Shown in pieces: positions 58,772 through 64,000 of a stretch of DNA of 64,000 nucleotides. The DNA comes from Spirulina sp. (GTDB lineage Bacteria; Cyanobacteriota; Cyanobacteriia; Phormidesmidales; Phormidesmidaceae): contig JBIPSI010000006.1 in NCBI GenBank assembly GCA_044070495.1, forward strand, positions 64,001 to 128,000, read 5' to 3'. The notes beneath the pieces were generated by a model. That model saw only the letters and a list, made by a program, of their open reading frames with translations. It was not told where the DNA came from and did no database searches. Each line of letters starts with the position of its first letter. Within the stretch, counting starts at the first letter, position 1. A program made the position numbers and the translations under genes.

Positions 58772-61153
58772 ATGCATCTACTGGCCCTGCTAAAAAGTCA
58801 CTCTTTTTCTTTATCTTTTCTAGCGCTACTTTTAAATAGCGTTACCAGCCCGATTTTCTTTCCTAGTATTGAAACCTTGGCTGCGGAGCAAAGCGACTAC
58901 TCAGTAGCGCAAAATATCTCAAAAAAGTTTACCTATTTTAACAATAAAGAAGCACTCTCATCGCTTCCAGATTCCCCTCCTAGCTTATCCACTAACTCCT
59001 TTCTTGGAACTAACTTTTTTACCCCTTACCAAGTCGAGATTAGGGAAAATTTGCCAGACAATACCTTCTTTCGCCTACCCACCCACCTACAGCTACTCAA
59101 CGCACCTGAAGGTTATATCCCTGAAGATGCTGCCTTGCAGATTGTTCCTAATCTGAGGGGGGATGGCTTGATGGTCAGCCTCAGACTATGTTCTACCACT
59201 ACGCCCGCAGAAAACTGCGTCATAGGTCACTTTTCTACCCAGCCCCTATCCTCTAGCTCCGCTCAGGCGGATTTAGCCGCCCATCAGTCCATCGGTTATC
59301 CCATCACCCTAGCCCCCGGCATCCAGGCTCATTTCCGAGAATATCGCGATGGCCCCATTGCCTATGCGTCCTTGATGTGGGAACAGGATGGGCAATTTTA
59401 TCGTATCCAATTTCCTGCTGCCGAGCGACAAAATATGCTCTACATGGCATTGGAAATGATCAATAACGAACCCCTCTATCCCTCTGGTTCTGATTCCAGT
59501 TCCATAGCACTAAGGAATGGAGAAGTCAGGCCAGAACCAACCATTGAAATTATCTCCTCAGCGTCTAGTTTGCCCACTGAGACTGTGACGGACTCATCCA
59601 CTGAATCCATCAACCGAGACAGCCTTTATATCTCGGAGTCTAGCATATTTAGTGACGAAGAAATGCGCGGCTGGTTGGCGCAAATTCAGACGTTAAATCA
59701 GAACGCTCCAATTACTGAACTTCGGGATCGCATTACCCAGGAATATATTAATCGTGGCTACATTACCTCAACAGTAAATATTATAGATCAAGACTATCTT
59801 CCCCCCGAATTTGACAATGGAATAGGAATCGTCGAGGGCTTTGTCTCTGATATTTGCGTTATGGAAAGCCAAGACGATGAATGCTCTAGCGACTTCGCTG
59901 CCTACATTCGTTCTCGATTAGATCTAGTCGGTGGGCCGCCACTCAACCTAGATCGCCTCGAAGAAAAGCTACGTCTACTACGGCTAGATCCCCTATTTAG
60001 CAATATAGAAGCCACCCTCAGACCAACAACCGATGAACTCGTTCGCGAGCAGGGTGGAATTGACCTAGTAGTTCGAGTTACGCCAGCCCAACCATTTATT
60101 TATAACGCAAGTATCAATAACGATTCTGCCCCCAGTATTGGCGCAGAGCAATTTGAACTGGGCTTCACCTACCTCAATCCTGGGGGATTTGGGGATTCTT
60201 TCTCAGCCAACTATGCCCATTCCTTTGCGGGTGGACTAGATTACTTTGAAACCGTTTATCAAGTACCTCTTAGCCCAACGGACACAACGTTGCGGTTATC
60301 TGGAGCTTGGATTGGTACTAACGTCGTTGAAGAACCCTTTAACCAACTAGGCGTTTCTGGTAATACGAATCGCTACGCTGTCTGGTTACGACAACCCTTA
60401 ATTAGAACGCCCCAGGAAGAATTGGGTCTTTCCCTTGGGTTTACTCGCACTGCTGGACAAACATTTTTGTTTGATCGTCTGCCTACACCCTTTGGTTTTG
60501 GCCCGGATGCCAATGGTTTTAGCAGTACCAGCGTTATCAGCTTTGCCCAGGACTATGTTTTTCGAGAACCCGATGGTGCTTGGGCCTTTACCTCACAATT
60601 TAACCTAGGTACCAGGCTCTTTAATGCTACGGAAAACCCTGCTCCTATCCCCGATGGGCAGTTTTTTAGTTGGCAGGGGCTGGCCCAACGGGTACAACGT
60701 ATTGGCTTAGATCACTTACTGATCGCAACTTTTAATGTGCAACTTACGCCCCAATCACTTCTACCCTCCGAAAGCTTTACCATCGGCGGCGTTAACTCTG
60801 TGCGTGGCTATCGCCAAGGGGCACGATCCGGTGACAATGGCCTACGGTTTTCTCTGGAAGATCGCATCACAGTTCAGCGAGATGGAGCGGGACGACCTGT
60901 TTTTATTCTCACGCCTTTTCTTGATCTCGGTTCTGTTTGGAATCATCCTACTAATCCCAACGTGATTACAGGGCAGTCTTTTTTAATGGGCAGTGGCCTA
61001 GGGATGATTTTGCAAAATATTGAAGGGCTAGAAGGTGTTAGCTTTCGATTAAACTACGGCATTCCCATTATTAATATGAGTGATCGGGGCAACAATCTCC
61101 AAGATTCTGGCTTCTATTTCGGTGTTGACTACAATTCCGCTCCTAATCAGTGA
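58772..61153 (+). CDS. TpsB (ShlB/FhaC/HecB) outer-membrane secretion/activation protein with an extra N-terminal domain
   Basis: POTRA-like YINRGYITS, VRGY motif, beta-barrel C-terminus LQDSGFYF. Confidence 0.9.
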   Translation: MHLLALLKSHSFSLSFLALLLNSVTSPIFFPSIETLAAEQSDYSVAQNISKKFTYFNNKEALSSLPDSPPSLSTNSFLGTNFFTPYQVEIRENLPDNTFFRLPTHLQLLNAPEGYIPEDAALQIVPNLRGDGLMVSLRLCSTTTPAENCVIGHFSTQPLSSSSAQADLAAHQSIGYPITLAPGIQAHFREYRDGPIAYASLMWEQDGQFYRIQFPAAERQNMLYMALEMINNEPLYPSGSDSSSIALRNGEVRPEPTIEIISSASSLPTETVTDSSTESINRDSLYISESSIFSDEEMRGWLAQIQTLNQNAPITELRDRITQEYINRGYITSTVNIIDQDYLPPEFDNGIGIVEGFVSDICVMESQDDECSSDFAAYIRSRLDLVGGPPLNLDRLEEKLRLLRLDPLFSNIEATLRPTTDELVREQGGIDLVVRVTPAQPFIYNASINNDSAPSIGAEQFELGFTYLNPGGFGDSFSANYAHSFAGGLDYFETVYQVPLSPTDTTLRLSGAWIGTNVVEEPFNQLGVSGNTNRYAVWLRQPLIRTPQEELGLSLGFTRTAGQTFLFDRLPTPFGFGPDANGFSSTSVISFAQDYVFREPDGAWAFTSQFNLGTRLFNATENPAPIPDGQFFSWQGLAQRVQRIGLDHLLIATFNVQLTPQSLLPSESFTIGGVNSVRGYRQGARSGDNGLRFSLEDRITVQRDGAGRPVFILTPFLDLGSVWNHPTNPNVITGQSFLMGSGLGMILQNIEGLEGVSFRLNYGIPIINMSDRGNNLQDSGFYFGVDYNSAPNQ

Positions 61154-61161
61154 GGGCAACT

Positions 61162-64000
61162 ATGTCAGGTGCTTTTTCTGCCACCAAAATTTCGCCATCA
61201 GTTTTCCTAAGCACAGCCCTAGGACTGGCCATAGCATGGATAACCTTACCCACAAAGTCTGTACAGGCGCAACCTATTGTCCCCACACCAAACGGAACAG
61301 GAACCGAAGTAATTCTTAATAACAATCAATGGGATATTTACGGTGGATCGCTCTCTTCGGACCAGATCAATCTCTTCCATCAGTTTCAACAGTTCGGCCT
61401 TACGGAAGGACAAATTGCTAACTTTTTAGCTAACCCCAATCTTCGCAACATTATCTCTACAGTAGATGGCGGCAATCCCTCCCTTATCAATGGTTTGTTG
61501 CAGGTGACAGGGGGCAATCCAAACCTATTTTTGATGAACCCCTCTGGCATTATTTTTGGCCCCAATGCCCAACTGAATGTGCCCGCTAGTTTTAGCGCCA
61601 TCACCGCTGACGGTATTCAGTTTGGCGACCGCTGGCTTAATGCCGTTGGCCCCAACGATTACTCGGCCCTCACGGGCGACCCCACCGCCTTTCGCTTCAG
61701 CAGCGATTTTACCGGGGCAATTGTGAACGCCGGAAACCTGCAAGTCAACCCTGGCGCAGCTCTCGCGCTGATGGGCGGCACTGTCATCAACACCGGACAA
61801 CTGACGGCCCCCCAAGGCCAAATTTTGATCACCGCTGTCCCCGGCGAAAGCCTAGTGCGACTGGCCCTCCCCGGCTACATCCTCAACCTAGAGGTGGAAG
61901 TGCCCCTCACCGAGGGCGACACGCCCCAAACCTGGCAACTGCCCATCACCGCCCTACCCACCCTGCTCACCCAAGGGCTAACCCCAGAACTGCTGGGCTT
62001 GGCGATCAATTCGGCGGGTGAGGTGCAGTTGGCCGATGGCACTCCCATCCCCAACGCGCCCGGTACGGCGATGGTTTCCGGCGGGGTGGATGTCTCTGGC
62101 AACCAGGGCGGCACGGCGGCGGTGCTTGGGGATCGCATTGGCCTGGGGGGTGCCCAAATCGATGCCAGCGGTACCCAAGGCGACGGTGGCCAAATCCTTG
62201 TGGGCGGAGAGTTTCAGGGTAATGGCCCCCTGCCCAATGCCGAACGCACCTATGTGGATGCCAACACCACCCTCAACGCCGACGCTGGTTCCATCGGAAA
62301 TGGCGGCAGAATCATCGTCTGGGCCGACGAAGCCACGGGGGTTTATGGCGATATTACGGCCCGTGGGGGACAACTCTCTGGCGATGGTGGCTTTGCTGAG
62401 GTTTCAGGTAGGGATTACTTGCAGTTTGATGGCACGGCTGATTTATCAAGTGTGAATGGTGAGATAGGAACCCTACTGCTTGATCCAACTACTATCACTA
62501 TAAGCAATGCTGTCGGTACAACACCGGGAGTTCCTTCTACTTTTCCCAACATTCTTTTAAGTAATTTTTCCGGGCAAGATATCACTATTAATCAGACAGT
62601 TCTAGAAAATGCTGCATCAACTAGTCGAATAATCTTGCAAGCAGAGCAAGGAATTATAATAGGTGATCTGAATGCAGTACTTAGGAATCCCAACGATCCC
62701 AGCAGTAGTATTCCGACACTAACCTTGAGTAATGGAGCAACACTTCTAGTCGCAAATGGCCTAATTGAGATTTTAAATCAAAATGCTCGAATTCTTGTTC
62801 ATAACGGTGATTTGGATATTCAATCACCAATTATTGCCAGTGGAAATATAGATATTCAATCACCGATTATTACTAATGGAGGCGATCTAAATATCACAGC
62901 AGGAAGTATTGCCACTGGAGAGATAGTTACCAATAATCCATTTGGTGATGCTGGCGAAGTTAATCTAACGGCTACTCAAGGAGACATAACCACTAACATT
63001 AGAGCAATAGTTAGAAATACCAATCCAACTATTGAGGGCGACGGTGGAAACATAACTCTAATAGCACTTAACGGTGATATTACAGTCAACAATAACCTTG
63101 TCTCATTTTCGGCAAATGGAGATGGTGGAGATATATATGTTGAAGCAGGTGGAAACATCACAATCGTTTGTGGTCAATCAGCGGATTACTGTGTTGAGAG
63201 TTTTGGAGGAGGAATCCCTAACGTGCCTCCAAGAGGAGATAGTGGAGATATACGTTTTATTAGTCGAGAAGGTTCTATCTTAATTGAAAACCCTCCTGCA
63301 GCTATTCCAGGAAATACCGCTATCAATGCAGGAAACAGCATATTTAATGCTGGATCTATTACTGTCGAAGCTGCTGGAGATATAAGGATTGGAGGAGGGA
63401 TCTTTGCTCATGATGTTCAATTGAATTCTAGCGTTCTAGGATTGACAAGTGAATTTAAAATAAATAGTGATTTGGGTTCTCAGTCTGTGCCAGGGAATGT
63501 CAATATTAGTGGCAGAGTAAATGGATCTGAGATGATAGATCAGCAGGGACGTATTACTGTTGCTAATCCAGGCTTGACCATTGATTCTGATCGAGGCACT
63601 ATTAACCTTGGCGATTCAATAGGTTCAACAATTCCTATTGGAAATCTCACTATTTCTGGCCAGCAAGCGACTGTCTCAGGAAATATTCGGACAGCTAACA
63701 GTCCTATTATTTTCAATTCGCCCGTAACTTTAAGCAGTAATTCTCTCCTGACCTTCGATTCGGGAACAGCGACGATCACACTCAATGGCTTAAATGCTGG
63801 AAGCACGCCTTTAACCTTAATTGCCGATGACTTTAACTTCTCTGGAACCCTTCAGGGAAGTAGCACTCTTACCATTCAACCCTCGACGTTGAGCCGTGGA
63901 ATTATCCTGGGCAGTACAGTCACATCAAATTTAAGCCCAGCCGAAATAGCCACATTGCAAGGATTTAGCAATGTCACCATTGGTGGCGGCAGTGGCGACA
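61162..64000 (+). CDS. TpsA filamentous-haemagglutinin-like exoprotein (partial; runs off the window)
   Basis: Hand translation: signal peptide (..VQAQ), NLFHQFQQF, NLFLMNPSGIIFG TPS motif, GG.AEVSG, G.LLLDP, Gly/Asn/Ile-rich beta-helix repeats; absent from the ORF track, consistent with no stop before 64000. Confidence 0.9.
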   Translation, partial: MSGAFSATKISPSVFLSTALGLAIAWITLPTKSVQAQPIVPTPNGTGTEVILNNNQWDIYGGSLSSDQINLFHQFQQFGLTEGQIANFLANPNLRNIISTVDGGNPSLINGLLQVTGGNPNLFLMNPSGIIFGPNAQLNVPASFSAITADGIQFGDRWLNAVGPNDYSALTGDPTAFRFSSDFTGAIVNAGNLQVNPGAALALMGGTVINTGQLTAPQGQILITAVPGESLVRLALPGYILNLEVEVPLTEGDTPQTWQLPITALPTLLTQGLTPELLGLAINSAGEVQLADGTPIPNAPGTAMVSGGVDVSGNQGGTAAVLGDRIGLGGAQIDASGTQGDGGQILVGGEFQGNGPLPNAERTYVDANTTLNADAGSIGNGGRIIVWADEATGVYGDITARGGQLSGDGGFAEVSGRDYLQFDGTADLSSVNGEIGTLLLDPTTITISNAVGTTPGVPSTFPNILLSNFSGQDITINQTVLENAASTSRIILQAEQGIIIGDLNAVLRNPNDPSSSIPTLTLSNGATLLVANGLIEILNQNARILVHNGDLDIQSPIIASGNIDIQSPIITNGGDLNITAGSIATGEIVTNNPFGDAGEVNLTATQGDITTNIRAIVRNTNPTIEGDGGNITLIALNGDITVNNNLVSFSANGDGGDIYVEAGGNITIVCGQSADYCVESFGGGIPNVPPRGDSGDIRFISREGSILIENPPAAIPGNTAINAGNSIFNAGSITVEAAGDIRIGGGIFAHDVQLNSSVLGLTSEFKINSDLGSQSVPGNVNISGRVNGSEMIDQQGRITVANPGLTIDSDRGTINLGDSIGSTIPIGNLTISGQQATVSGNIRTANSPIIFNSPVTLSSNSLLTFDSGTATITLNGLNAGSTPLTLIADDFNFSGTLQGSSTLTIQPSTLSRGIILGSTVTSNLSPAEIATLQGFSNVTIGGGSGD

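Overview
Cyanobacterial chromosomal window (psbU, petCA, psb29/thf1, ycf54, cyanobacterial-type hfq and nusG; host genes GC-rich). It opens with rplS-tRNA-Trp-secE-nusG-rplKAJL, then carries mostly housekeeping genes (wza/wzc-like pair, pdxJ, crtE, folD, nadB, dapF, hfq, ComFB, KtrB, typA, prs, amt, coaE, cobA-hemD). It also holds an AT-rich six-gene glycosylation island bounded by an ISH3-like remnant, several dispersed palindromic repeat families, a UvrD helicase with an embedded DEDDh exonuclease and a degenerate type IIG-like methyltransferase. It ends in a two-partner secretion locus cut by the window edge. The most striking candidate is a small, very basic ORF after rplL (5121-5342). It has its own promoter and RBS, a KGRGGS motif, and an intrinsic terminator inside the reading frame before the stop codon. 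That is the non-stop-mRNA layout of the tmRNA-regulated ribosome-rescue factors ArfA and BrfA, which suggests an unrecognised cyanobacterial rescue factor. All calls come from reading the sequence and ORF track; no searches or counts were run.
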